A DNA stretch of 64,000 nucleotides from Rhodothermales bacterium. Its GTDB lineage: Bacteria; Bacteroidota; Rhodothermia; Rhodothermales; VXPQ01. Shown here one piece after another: positions 28,445-37,365 of the stretch. The notes below the pieces were generated by a model, which saw only the letters and a list, made by a program, of their open reading frames with translations, had not been told where the DNA came from and did not search any database. A program made the translations under genes and the position numbers. Numbering within the stretch: position 1 is the first letter of the stretch; each line of letters begins with the position of its first letter. The stretch covers positions 2,120,731 to 2,184,730 of the forward strand of contig OX638293.1 in NCBI GenBank assembly GCA_951812335.1. The letters run 5' to 3'.

Positions 28445-30051
28445 GCTACGCCTCCCTCGAACGAACTCATGATGCCATTGCCGACAAAGGTCATGTTCTC
28501 CTCGTCGGATCGCCAGGTTTCCAGATTATTGAGCGCATCGATGTAGGCATCCGCAGATGCGCGAATCACATCCGTGTTTTGCGCCTGCCCTCTGAAAAAG
28601 GCCCCGCTTTCCCGTATGAGTACCGTCACTTCGCCAATGGCGCCAGTCCCCTCGGAAACGGATCGAATAGAGTAGCTTTCCAGTTTGCGCGAACTGCCGA
28701 GCGCATGATTAATGGCGCGATACACAGCATCTACAGGGCCATCGCCCGTCCCCTGCGCGGTCAACCGCTTCTCGGCAGCAACACTGAACACCTCCACCTC
28801 TGCCTTCGGCCGCTTGCCGGTGGCAACCGTAACGGACAGATTATCCAGCCGGTAATGCTGTAAAACCGCATGCTCCGCATTCCCCTGCACAAGGTGAATC
28901 AGATCCGCATCGTGAATTTCTTTCTTGCGATCCGCAAGGCGAACAAATAACTGGTAGAGCGTGTCCTTGCGGGAATCATCGACATGCAAACCCATCCGCT
29001 TCAGGCGACTGAAAAAGCCGTGGCGTCCGGAATGTCGCCCCAAGCGTATTTGTTCGCTCGTCTGGCCCACATCCTCCGCCTGCATGATTTCATAGGTATC
29101 CCGGCGCTTCAGTACGCCATGCTGGTGAATGCCTGCTTCGTGGCTAAAGGCGTTGCGCCCCACAATAGCCTTGTTCGGCGGCACCGGAAATCCCGTCGCC
29201 ACCGACACCATGCGGCTCGTTTCCGCAAGATGCGTAGCCTCGATATCTGTGTCGACGCCGAATTGCTCGTGCCGGACCCGCAGCGCCATCACTACTTCCT
29301 CAAGCGCGGCATTACCGGCCCGCTCGCCAATGCCGTTGATCGTACACTCGATCTGCCGTGCGCCCGCGCGCACGGCAGCGATGGAATTGGCCACGGCAAA
29401 GCCAAGATCGTCGTGACAGTGCGTCGAGAGCACCACATTCTTCGTCGAGCGTACACCCTTGCGAACAGCCTCGAACATGCGTGCATATTCGGTGGGCGTA
29501 CAATAGCCGGTCGTATCCGGAATGTTGATGGTGGTGGCGCCCTCCTCGATCGCTGCAGCAATCACCTCGCACAAAAAACCGTGGTCCGTGCGTCCCGCAT
29601 CCTCCGTGCTGAATTCTATATCGTCGGTATACGTCCGCGCGAGTTGTACGGCTTCGCGAGCCATCCGCACGACGTTCCGGCGTTTCTCCGGGAGCGTTTT
29701 GCCGTACCTGTCGCTGCCGAACTTGGCATCTATGTGAATGTCGCTGGTGGCGATAAACGTATGAATCCTTGTCCGTTCACCCCCGGACAGTGACTTGCCG
29801 GCGGCATGCACATCGTTTTCAAGTGCACGGGCAAGCGCACAGATCACAGGACCTTGTACATCGCGCACGATACTGGCCACAGCCTCGAACTGGGCCGGAG
29901 ACGAGATCGGGAAGCCGGCTTCGATCACGCCTGCATTCAGTTTTACAAGTTGCCGGGCGATGCGGACCTTCTCATGAATCGTCATGGATGCGCCCGGCGC
30001 CTGCTCGCCGTCGCGCAACGTCGTATCGAATATGGTTACTTTGTCTTTCAT
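28441..30051 (-). CDS. leuA: 2-isopropylmalate synthase
   Basis: 536 aa with IFDTTLRDGEQAPGASM, HCHDDLGFAVANS and a C-terminal LeuA dimer/regulatory domain. Confidence 0.85.
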   Translation of the reverse strand: MKDKVTIFDTTLRDGEQAPGASMTIHEKVRIARQLVKLNAGVIEAGFPISSPAQFEAVASIVRDVQGPVICALARALENDVHAAGKSLSGGERTRIHTFIATSDIHIDAKFGSDRYGKTLPEKRRNVVRMAREAVQLARTYTDDIEFSTEDAGRTDHGFLCEVIAAAIEEGATTINIPDTTGYCTPTEYARMFEAVRKGVRSTKNVVLSTHCHDDLGFAVANSIAAVRAGARQIECTINGIGERAGNAALEEVVMALRVRHEQFGVDTDIEATHLAETSRMVSVATGFPVPPNKAIVGRNAFSHEAGIHQHGVLKRRDTYEIMQAEDVGQTSEQIRLGRHSGRHGFFSRLKRMGLHVDDSRKDTLYQLFVRLADRKKEIHDADLIHLVQGNAEHAVLQHYRLDNLSVTVATGKRPKAEVEVFSVAAEKRLTAQGTGDGPVDAVYRAINHALGSSRKLESYSIRSVSEGTGAIGEVTVLIRESGAFFRGQAQNTDVIRASADAYIDALNNLETWRSDEENMTFVGNGIMSSFEGGVA

Positions 30052-30207
30052 TGGAGGAATTCCTCGACGGTTCCTTTTACAAGTAGTGCGTAGGGGCTAT
30101 TGCACGCGCCCGATGCGTCGACGACAGGAAGTCGTCCCGCCCATGCTGCGTCGGGCGCCTTGTAAGTCGAAGAAAATCAACATGGCCAATCTGTACAATA
30201 TGGCGTG

Positions 30208-31329
30208 TCATGCAGCCACCTCCACCTTCTGCTGCCTGCCGGCAGCCAGCCGCATACGGTCGGCGATACACGCGCCCATCTCCTCGGTGGACACGATCCT
30301 GCAACCCTCTTCCTGCATATCCGCCGTTCGTACGCCTACAGAGAGGGTCTCGCTCACAGCCTCGCGAATTGCCGCTGACGCATCCGCCTCGCCCAGTTCC
30401 TCAAGCATCATCGCGGCGCTCAGCACAGCGGCCACGGGATTAGCCTTCCCTTCACCAGCAATGTCGGGAGCGCTACCGTGCACCGGCTCGAACAATCCTG
30501 TGGAACCCCCTACCGAAGCCGACGGAAGCAAACCGAGCGAACCCGGTAACGTCGCGGCCAGATCGGAGAGAATATCGCCAAAAAGGTTTGCTGTCACCAC
30601 CACATCGAAGTCCAATGGGCGTCGCACGATCTGCATGGCGGCGTTGTCGATATACAAATGCTCCAGTTCTATGTCGGGATAGCCGGCGCTATGCACCTGT
30701 GTCACGACATCGTTCCAAAGTTGGGATACCTCAAGTACGTTGGCCTTATCCACCGATGTGACCCGTCCACGACGACGACGCGCCCAGGTAAACGCCACAT
30801 GAGCGATACGCTCTATTTCCGCTTGCGAGTAACGCATCGTGTTGAGGGCTTCCTGGCCCTGCGTTCCCTCGACAGGTCCCTTCGGCTCTGCGAAATAAAT
30901 CCCGCCGGTCAATTCACGCACGATCATCATATCCGTACCCGCAACAACCTCTCGCCTGAGCGGCGAAGCATCCGCCAGAAAATTCGGCACGGCCACCGGA
31001 CGCAGATTCGCATACACGCCGAGCGTCCTGCGCAGACCCAGCAGACCGGTCTCCGGACGAAGGTCTCCATGAAGATCGTCCCAGGCAGGCCCTCCAACAG
31101 CCCCAAGCAACACGGCATCCGATTCGAGGCAGGCTATTGCCGTAACTTCCGGCAATGGCGTACCGAACGCATCGATGGCGCTCCCCCCTATGAGAAACTC
31201 TTCGGACGCCACGGCGAAACCGAACCGGTCGCCCGCCTCCGCAAGGATACGGAGCGCCTCGCGGGTAACTTCCGGCCCAACGCCGTCCCCCGGTAAACAG
31301 GCGATACGGTATGTCCTCTGACCAGACAA
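30208..31329 (-). CDS. leuB: 3-isopropylmalate dehydrogenase
   Basis: 373 aa with IACLPGDGVGPEV and NLFGDILSD motifs. Confidence 0.9.
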   Translation of the reverse strand: MSGQRTYRIACLPGDGVGPEVTREALRILAEAGDRFGFAVASEEFLIGGSAIDAFGTPLPEVTAIACLESDAVLLGAVGGPAWDDLHGDLRPETGLLGLRRTLGVYANLRPVAVPNFLADASPLRREVVAGTDMMIVRELTGGIYFAEPKGPVEGTQGQEALNTMRYSQAEIERIAHVAFTWARRRRGRVTSVDKANVLEVSQLWNDVVTQVHSAGYPDIELEHLYIDNAAMQIVRRPLDFDVVVTANLFGDILSDLAATLPGSLGLLPSASVGGSTGLFEPVHGSAPDIAGEGKANPVAAVLSAAMMLEELGEADASAAIREAVSETLSVGVRTADMQEEGCRIVSTEEMGACIADRMRLAAGRQQKVEVAA

Positions 31330-31332
31330 AAT

Positions 31333-32349
31333 CTATACGGCTTGCGCTTCTTCTTTTGGTTCGCCGCGCAGCCAACTCATCATGCCACGCAGGCGTTTGC
31401 CGATCTTTTCGATCGGATGCTCCCTGGACCTGCCGCGCAAGGCAAGCAATTGCTTGCCCCCGGCTTCATTCTCCGCAATCCATTCTTCGGCAAATGTTCC
31501 GTCCTGTATTTCGGCGAGAATCTTCCGCATACGCTTGCGAGCCGAGGCATCGATGACCCGCGGGCCGCGCGTGTAATTCCCGTACTCGGCCGTATCGCTG
31601 ATCGAGTAATTCATGTATTCCAGCCCGCCGTCGTAAATCAGATCGACAATGAGCTTGAGTTCGTGCAGACACTCGAAATACGCCAGCTCGGGAGGATACC
31701 CGGCTTCGGTCAGCGTTTCGAAACCGGCCTTGATGAGCTCTTCCGCGCCGCCGCAGAGTACAGCCTGTTCCCCGAAGAGGTCGGTTTCCGTTTCATCCTT
31801 GAAGGTGGTTTCGATAACCCCTGCCCGGATGCCGCCTATGCCTTCCGCATAACTCAGCGCCATATCCAGTGCAGCGCCCGATGCGTCCTGTGCGACAGCC
31901 ACCAGGCAAGGCACCCCCTTGCCCTCCTCGAATACGCGGCGCGCCAGGTGGCCCGGCGATTTGGGAGCCACCATGAACACATCGACCCCTTCCGGCGGCG
32001 TGATCTGACCATAGTGAATGTTGAAACCGTGGCCGAAAACCAGGGACTTGCCCGGCGTCATATGCTCGGCCATGTGGGCCTCGTACACCTGCTTCTGATG
32101 CTGGTCCGGCACCAGCATCACAACAAGATCGCCCCATGCGGTCGCGTCGGAGATACTCATGACGCGCAGGCCCCTGGCGGCGGCTTCCGCGCGCGACGAG
32201 GAACCCTCGCGCAGCCCGACCGCCACCTCAACGCCGCTGTCATGCAGGTTCAGGGCATGGGCATGCCCCTGGCTTCCGTATCCTATGACGGCGACGCGCC
32301 GCGACCGTACGAGATCGGGATTGGCCCGATAGTGAACGTTAACTCCCAT
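31333..32349 (-). CDS. ilvC: ketol-acid reductoisomerase (class I)
   Basis: ORF 31333..32418. The class-I N-terminus fits a start at [35 protein letters not shown] (32349), giving 338 aa. Confidence 0.9.
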   Translation of the reverse strand: MGVNVHYRANPDLVRSRRVAVIGYGSQGHAHALNLHDSGVEVAVGLREGSSSRAEAAARGLRVMSISDATAWGDLVVMLVPDQHQKQVYEAHMAEHMTPGKSLVFGHGFNIHYGQITPPEGVDVFMVAPKSPGHLARRVFEEGKGVPCLVAVAQDASGAALDMALSYAEGIGGIRAGVIETTFKDETETDLFGEQAVLCGGAEELIKAGFETLTEAGYPPELAYFECLHELKLIVDLIYDGGLEYMNYSISDTAEYGNYTRGPRVIDASARKRMRKILAEIQDGTFAEEWIAENEAGGKQLLALRGRSREHPIEKIGKRLRGMMSWLRGEPKEEAQAV

Positions 32350-32414
32350 CTTTGTGCTATGCTCGTTTGCGGGTGATATATACGGGCTGCTTTCGCCCCT
32401 TATGAATAACCGAC

Positions 32415-32993
32415 TCAATCGCCGAAAAGCAGTGCTCGTTTCATGGCCACGCGGCCACTCCGCGCAATTTCCTCAATCCCGTAACGGTTTATCATCCCGA
32501 TGAAGGCATTGATCTTCTTGGTGGGGCCGGCGAGTTCGAAGGTCATCGTGTCCGTCGTGATATCCACAACCTTGCCATTGAAAATCTTGAGCGTATCGAG
32601 CAGTTCGACACGGTTGTCGGAGGTATACGAGACCTTCAGCAGGCACAACTCGCGCTCGACGTACTCCTCCGATGTCAGATCCGCCACATCCAGCACATCG
32701 ACCAACCGGTTCAGTTGACGATTCACCTGTGCAATGATGCGGTCTTCGCCTGTCGTGACGATGGTCATGCGGGAAACCGAGGGTTCATCTGTTTCTCCGA
32801 CCGTCACGCTTTCGAGATTGAAGCCGCGGGCAGAGAACAAATTGATGACGCGGTTCAGCGCCCCGATCGAATTCTCGAGCAAAACGGCAATGATATGCCG
32901 GTGGCGGCGCGCTTGCTCGCCCGGCCCGATGGGTTCTCCCTGGGCCTTCTTCCGGAAAATCTGTTGCGCGGTCAGTGTGTCGTGCTCATTCAT
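32415..32993 (-). CDS. ilvN: acetolactate synthase small (regulatory) subunit
   Basis: 192 aa with ACT domain [32 protein letters not shown]. Confidence 0.85.
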   Translation of the reverse strand: MNEHDTLTAQQIFRKKAQGEPIGPGEQARRHRHIIAVLLENSIGALNRVINLFSARGFNLESVTVGETDEPSVSRMTIVTTGEDRIIAQVNRQLNRLVDVLDVADLTSEEYVERELCLLKVSYTSDNRVELLDTLKIFNGKVVDITTDTMTFELAGPTKKINAFIGMINRYGIEEIARSGRVAMKRALLFGD

Positions 32994-33017
32994 GGCGACT
33001 TCCTTATGGAATGTTCG

Positions 33018-34820
33018 TCATACGAAGGCGTCAGGCGTCAGGCGCTTCGTGATCATTTCGTTGGTAGAGGCGCCCGCAGGCACCATCGGGAATACCATTT
33101 CCTCTTTGGTGACACGAAATTCCATCACGGCAGGACGATCGGTCACGGCCCATGCCTTCCGGATAACCTCATCGACTTCGTCCGGAGTCTCCGCTCGCAG
33201 GCCCACACAGTTATGCGCCTCTGCAAGCTTGACGAAGTCCGGATTGGTATCGGACAGATCGGTATGGCTGAAGCGCTCTTCGTGGAACAACTCCTGCCAT
33301 TGCCGCACCATGCCGAGAAAATTATTGTTTATGATGACCACCTTGATCGGCAGCCCGTGCGCGGCGGCGACACATAGTTCCTGTGCGTTCATGATAAAGC
33401 CCCCATCGCCGCTGATCGAAACAACCGTCTTGTGCGGCATGCCGAAGGCGGCGCCCATTGCTGCCGGGAAACAAAAACCCATCGTGCCGAGGCCGCCCGA
33501 CGTAATGTGCGTGCGCGCATGCAAGAACCGTAAATACTGGGCCGCCCACATCTGATGCTGGCCCACATCCGTCACCACGATCGCTTCCCCTTGCGTATGG
33601 CGCCGAAGGCGCTCGAGTACATACTGCGCACGAAGGCGCCCGTCCACCTGATCGTAGATCAGCGGGCATTCTTCTTTCCAGGCCTCCACCTGTTCGAGCC
33701 ATTCCCCGGTATTACACGACTCAACGAGCGGCTCAAGACGCGTGAGCGCATCGAGTACATCCCCCACAATGGCGCAATCCACATAAACATTTTTGGAGAT
33801 CGAGGAGGGATCGATATCGATATGGACGATCTTCGCATGCGGCGCCCAGGATTCGAGCTTACCCGTCACCCGGTCGTCAAACCGCGCTCCGACAGCGATC
33901 AACAGATCGGAATTCTGCACCGCCATGTTGGCGTACCATGTGCCATGCATACCGAGCATACCCACCGAAAGCTCGTCGTTCTCGGGGAACGCTCCGAGTC
34001 CGTGCAGCGTGGTTGTGACCGGAATGCGCGCCTTCCGGGCAATCCGGGTCAACACATCCGATCCATTCGAATTCACGGCGCCGCCCCCCACATAGAACAG
34101 GGGCTTCTTCGCCTCGGCAATCATGGCCGCGGCACGCCGGATCTTGGCCTCATCGCCCTTGTCCTTGAAGCGATAGCCACGCAGGTTGACCTCTTTAGGG
34201 TATTCGAATTCGGTTTCGGCCAGAAGCACGTCCTTGGGCAAATCCACGACGACGGGGCCGGGCCGCCCCGTCCGGGCAATGTAATACGCCTTCTTCACAG
34301 CCGGGGCCAAATCCCGCACATCGCGCACGAGGAAGCTATGCTTCGTGATACTGCGGGTGATGCCGATCGTATCGCATTCCTGAAACGCATCGTTCCCGAT
34401 GAGTTGGGTCGGCACTTGCCCGGTGAAAACGACAATGGGCACCGAATCCATATACGCGTCCGCAATGCCGGTCACCGTGTTGGTGGCACCGGGTCCGCTG
34501 GTTACAAGCACCGTACCCACCTTGCCTGTCGCCTTGGCGTATCCCTCGGCAGCGTGGGCGCCGCCTTGCTCATGACGCACCAGCACATGCTTGAAATTCG
34601 GCTTGATGCGAGCCATCTCGTCATAGATTTTGATGACGGCTCCGCCAGGATGACCGAACACCACCTCTACGCCCTCTGCATCCAGCGAACGCAGAAAAAT
34701 CTCCGCACCGCTCATGCGTTGTGCGCCGTTAACCGACGGCGCATGTTGCGGTATGCTGCTTACTTGCCTATCAGGCATTGATTCCGACCGGTTTTTTTCC
34801 TTCGTTATTTGGCGCTCCAA
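33018..34820 (-). CDS. ilvB: acetolactate synthase large subunit (ThDP-dependent)
   Basis: 600-aa ORF with SGAEIFLRSLDAEGVEVVFGHPGG and ThDP motif GGLGTMGFCFPAAMGA..GDGGF..NN. The start is uncertain; alternatives are Met at 34778 or 34718. Confidence 0.9.
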   Translation of the reverse strand: MERQITKEKNRSESMPDRQVSSIPQHAPSVNGAQRMSGAEIFLRSLDAEGVEVVFGHPGGAVIKIYDEMARIKPNFKHVLVRHEQGGAHAAEGYAKATGKVGTVLVTSGPGATNTVTGIADAYMDSVPIVVFTGQVPTQLIGNDAFQECDTIGITRSITKHSFLVRDVRDLAPAVKKAYYIARTGRPGPVVVDLPKDVLLAETEFEYPKEVNLRGYRFKDKGDEAKIRRAAAMIAEAKKPLFYVGGGAVNSNGSDVLTRIARKARIPVTTTLHGLGAFPENDELSVGMLGMHGTWYANMAVQNSDLLIAVGARFDDRVTGKLESWAPHAKIVHIDIDPSSISKNVYVDCAIVGDVLDALTRLEPLVESCNTGEWLEQVEAWKEECPLIYDQVDGRLRAQYVLERLRRHTQGEAIVVTDVGQHQMWAAQYLRFLHARTHITSGGLGTMGFCFPAAMGAAFGMPHKTVVSISGDGGFIMNAQELCVAAAHGLPIKVVIINNNFLGMVRQWQELFHEERFSHTDLSDTNPDFVKLAEAHNCVGLRAETPDEVDEVIRKAWAVTDRPAVMEFRVTKEEMVFPMVPAGASTNEMITKRLTPDAFV

Positions 34821-34879
34821 CGAACGGCTCGTACGATGCGCAGGCCATGCACGGGTAACAAGCCGTACGTATAGACTTG

Positions 34880-34909
34880 TTAAAATACGAACCGCTGGCT
34901 TCAGCGTTC
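34880..34909 (-). terminator. candidate attenuator/terminator hairpin upstream of ilvB
   Basis: The minus strand reads GAACGCTG-AAGC-CAGCgGTTC followed by GTATTTTAA. This is an 8-bp stem with one bulge and a short U-run, 60 nt upstream of the longest ilvB ORF start. Confidence 0.3.
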
Positions 34910-35033
34910 AGGTGCGTTTCTTCGAAAGCGTGCATGGGCATCTTGTTAACGTGCGGCGTGAAGGCCAATCCTTCACTGTCCGATTGATGCCATCATGCAT
35001 ACTGGAGAGGTGCGAAGGATCGGCCGGTCCCGG

Positions 35034-35180
35034 CTAAACCGTAATAATAATGAGACCGGGAAGGAAGAGAACAACCGACGCCGGCTGCCCGTCGGCAACG
35101 CATGCCGCTCCCCGCAGGACACGAGAAATTTCCCTGCCTGCGCGCCGAAGCGCTATCCGTTTGCGGGAGTGTTGCGTCAT
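35034..35180 (-). promoter_or_regulatory. candidate ilv-leu leader peptide ORF (48 aa; in-frame alternative ATG at 35192)
   Basis: Hand translation gives MTQHSRKRIALRRAGREISRVLRGAACVADGQPASVVLFLPGLIIITV*. Nine of the last 13 codons are Val, Leu or Ile, including ATT ATT ATT. The stop is embedded in a CCCGGTC..GACCGGG hairpin. Confidence 0.35.
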
Positions 35181-35223
35181 GGTCCGAGCCATAGTTGGTC
35201 TGCCCTATGCCTTATGTATCCGT

Positions 35224-35237
35224 AACGTATATACGTT
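35224..35237. promoter_or_regulatory. perfect 14-bp palindrome AACGTATATACGTT in the ilvB upstream region
   Basis: Read directly from the sequence. It is flanked by the direct repeat TCCGTAACG (35219 and 35264). Confidence 0.3.
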
Positions 35238-35452
35238 CTCTACCCGTCGAACGATCCGTAACGAGAGCGACACGCCGTACGGAACAAGTAATTCGGATAT
35301 AACAGGGCAACTAACGCTTAACGCTACAGGCTATATAATAACGCGATTTTGGACGAACCTATCAAGTGAAAAACCGGATGCTTTGTAAGTTCTTCATTGC
35401 GAAAATACCCGCCCCCATTGCTTCACAAACACTTCATGCCCTGTAACGGGCT

Positions 35453-35496
35453 AAAAAAGCGCTTTTTTTAAAACAAGGCATTCGGGAAAGCGCTTT
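35453..35496. promoter_or_regulatory. two AAAGCGCTTT-core palindromes 31 bp apart in the divergent ilvB/porin intergenic region
   Basis: AAAAAAGCGCTTTTTT at 35453-35468 and AAAGCGCTTT at 35487-35496. Confidence 0.3.
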
Positions 35497-35749
35497 TATC
35501 CGGATCATCTATTGAAGTATTGGGGGTTTATTTCCTACTTTAATAAGGTATTTTAGTAAAAAATCTTCGCTTATCGGCGAAAAACAACGTTGCTTGACAA
35601 GAACTGAACTCGCTCCGGAAATGTGACATGGCGTTGCTCCTTGCGGCCTGTCCTTTTTCAACGGGGGCCGCGAACGCGATCCGTTCGACCCCTCGCCGAA
35701 CAACCCTGTATCCAGACAGCATCACAAACAACCACACCGGTTATCCGTC

Positions 35750-36478
35750 ATGAAGAAACTTCTTACCATCCTTGCCCTGGCGTTCGCCCTTTCCTGGTCC
35801 CTGCCGGCTTCCGCGCAGGAATTCAGTTTCGGCGCCGATATCGTAAGCCGTTATGTATGGAGAGGCGTCGATTTTGGTGAATCCGCCAGTGTCCAGCCCG
35901 CACTCACCTTCAGTTCCGGCGGATTGGAGATAGGAACCTGGGCGTCGTACGCCACGAATCCCGGTTCGGCCGACGCGAACGAGCACGACCTGTGGATCGG
36001 GTATTCGGCCGGGGCCTTTTCCGTAGGGATTACCGACTATTACTTCCCCAATGCCACACACGATGACCACGATCACGACCACGATGAAGATGAAGAAGAG
36101 CTCATCGGGTTCTTCAACTTTAGCGGCGACGGCGAAGGGGGGCACTGGATCGAGCCGTATGTCTCGTTCAATGGCACGGATTCTTTTCCGGTGACGCTCT
36201 ATGCCGCATACATGGCCCACAACGATGTGGATAATTCGCTGTATCTCAATGCATCGGTACCTTTCGCCGTAGGCGGAGTGGAGATGTCGTTCGGAATCGG
36301 CGCTTCCGCTGGAGAGAGCGCGTTCTATGGAACCGATGGGTTCAGCATCATTGACATGGCGCTGGGCGCCTCCAAAAGCATCCCGATCACAGACAAGTTC
36401 GAGCTGCCTGTAAGCGTCTCGTACATACTGAATCCCACGGACGAAAAGAGCTTCCTCGTTTTTGGAATTTCCTTGTAG
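35750..36478 (+). CDS. TorF-family-like outer-membrane beta-barrel (putative porin) with His/Asp-rich loop
   Basis: 242 aa with signal peptide ..LPASAQ. FSFGADIVSRYVWRGVDFG resembles TIGR02001/TorF-type barrels. Alternating beta-strand pattern throughout. The loop is HDDHDHDHDEDEEE (36059-36100). Confidence 0.5.
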   Translation: MKKLLTILALAFALSWSLPASAQEFSFGADIVSRYVWRGVDFGESASVQPALTFSSGGLEIGTWASYATNPGSADANEHDLWIGYSAGAFSVGITDYYFPNATHDDHDHDHDEDEEELIGFFNFSGDGEGGHWIEPYVSFNGTDSFPVTLYAAYMAHNDVDNSLYLNASVPFAVGGVEMSFGIGASAGESAFYGTDGFSIIDMALGASKSIPITDKFELPVSVSYILNPTDEKSFLVFGISL

Positions 36479-36624
36479 TCCGTGCGAAAGTCCTCGCTGT
36501 CCAGGCAGGTTATCGCGAGGAATACACAGAAGGGCCCCGGTACCGTACAGGCGCCGGGGCCTTTCGTCATGTATCGGGGCAGGAGAATCGCTGCCCGTGG
36601 CCCCATCCCCCTGCCTCCGTTCCC

Positions 36625-37365
36625 TTACGCCAGCCCTTCGTATCGTTCGGAAAGGCGCTGGAGCATTGCGCGGGTCCGCATCGCGCCTGCGCTTTCCCGC
36701 CGCATATCCGCGACAAGTCGTTTCAGATCGTCGAACGTATCCACATCGTACCATTGCGGAAGCGTCTGCAACGAAGCGCCGCATGAGGCAACGCGGGCCG
36801 CGGTCTGTTCGAAAACAGCCTCGTGGCTGTAGGTCATCCCTTCGAATATCTCAGGAAACGATTCGTTCATCCCGATCAGGTAAAATCCTCCGTCCCCGGT
36901 GGGACCAAGCACGACGGCGCCCTGCCTTCCAAGAAGCGAAAAACCCTCCTGTATCCATTCGGAAGGCAGCGTGGGATGATCTGTCCCGATCAGGATAACG
37001 CGGCGGCGCCCTGCAGCGAACGTTTCCTCGAAAGCCTGCTGCATGCGCTCTCCGAGGCCCTCCCCCCTTTGGCGAAATACGTTCTCCCCGACCCATTGGG
37101 CGTACATATTCCCCTGTTGGGAGTACATATCCCCCTGTCGGGAGTACATATCCCCCTGTCGGGCTGGCATGCCGCTACCCGGCGACTCGTCAAGCGCCAG
37201 ATACAGGCGAAGCGTCACCCCTAGGCCTTGGTACCGATCCAGCGCATCCTTCAGAAAAGCTCCATAGAGACGGGCGGCATCCTCCGGAGAAAGCGGCGGC
37301 GTCAGGCGGGTTTTGACCTGGCCGGGAACCGGAAGTTTTGCAAACACGACGAGGGCGGCGCTCAT
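36625..37365 (-). CDS. DUF2064/TIGR04282-family glycosyltransferase-like protein
   Basis: 246 aa with N-terminus LVVFAKLPVPGQVKTRLTP and later VILIGTDHPTLP, typical of DUF2064. It overlaps the upstream cysteine desulfurase gene by 4 nt. Confidence 0.65.
   Translation of the reverse strand: MSAALVVFAKLPVPGQVKTRLTPPLSPEDAARLYGAFLKDALDRYQGLGVTLRLYLALDESPGSGMPARQGDMYSRQGDMYSQQGNMYAQWVGENVFRQRGEGLGERMQQAFEETFAAGRRRVILIGTDHPTLPSEWIQEGFSLLGRQGAVVLGPTGDGGFYLIGMNESFPEIFEGMTYSHEAVFEQTAARVASCGASLQTLPQWYDVDTFDDLKRLVADMRRESAGAMRTRAMLQRLSERYEGLA
37098..37160. repeat. in-frame 3 x 21-bp tandem repeat inside the DUF2064 gene
   Basis: The units are gggcgtacatattcccctgtt, gggagtacatatccccctgtc and gggagtacatatccccctgtc. 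They encode RQGDMYS-RQGDMYS-QQGNMYA. Confidence 0.9.

Noticed and set aside
34771-34968. 65-aa minus ORF upstream of and overlapping the ilvB start, as a leader peptide
   Set aside because: It has no enrichment of Ile, Leu or Val codons, it overlaps ilvB out of frame, and it spans the putative terminator.
35741-36784. 347-aa minus-strand ORF covering the porin gene
   Set aside because: The + strand ORF has a signal peptide and beta-barrel pattern. The minus-strand product is Arg/Gly-rich with no features.
37098-37160. CRISPR-like array
   Set aside because: It has three directly abutting 21-bp units with no spacers, lies inside a coding region, and keeps the frame. It is a coding tandem repeat.
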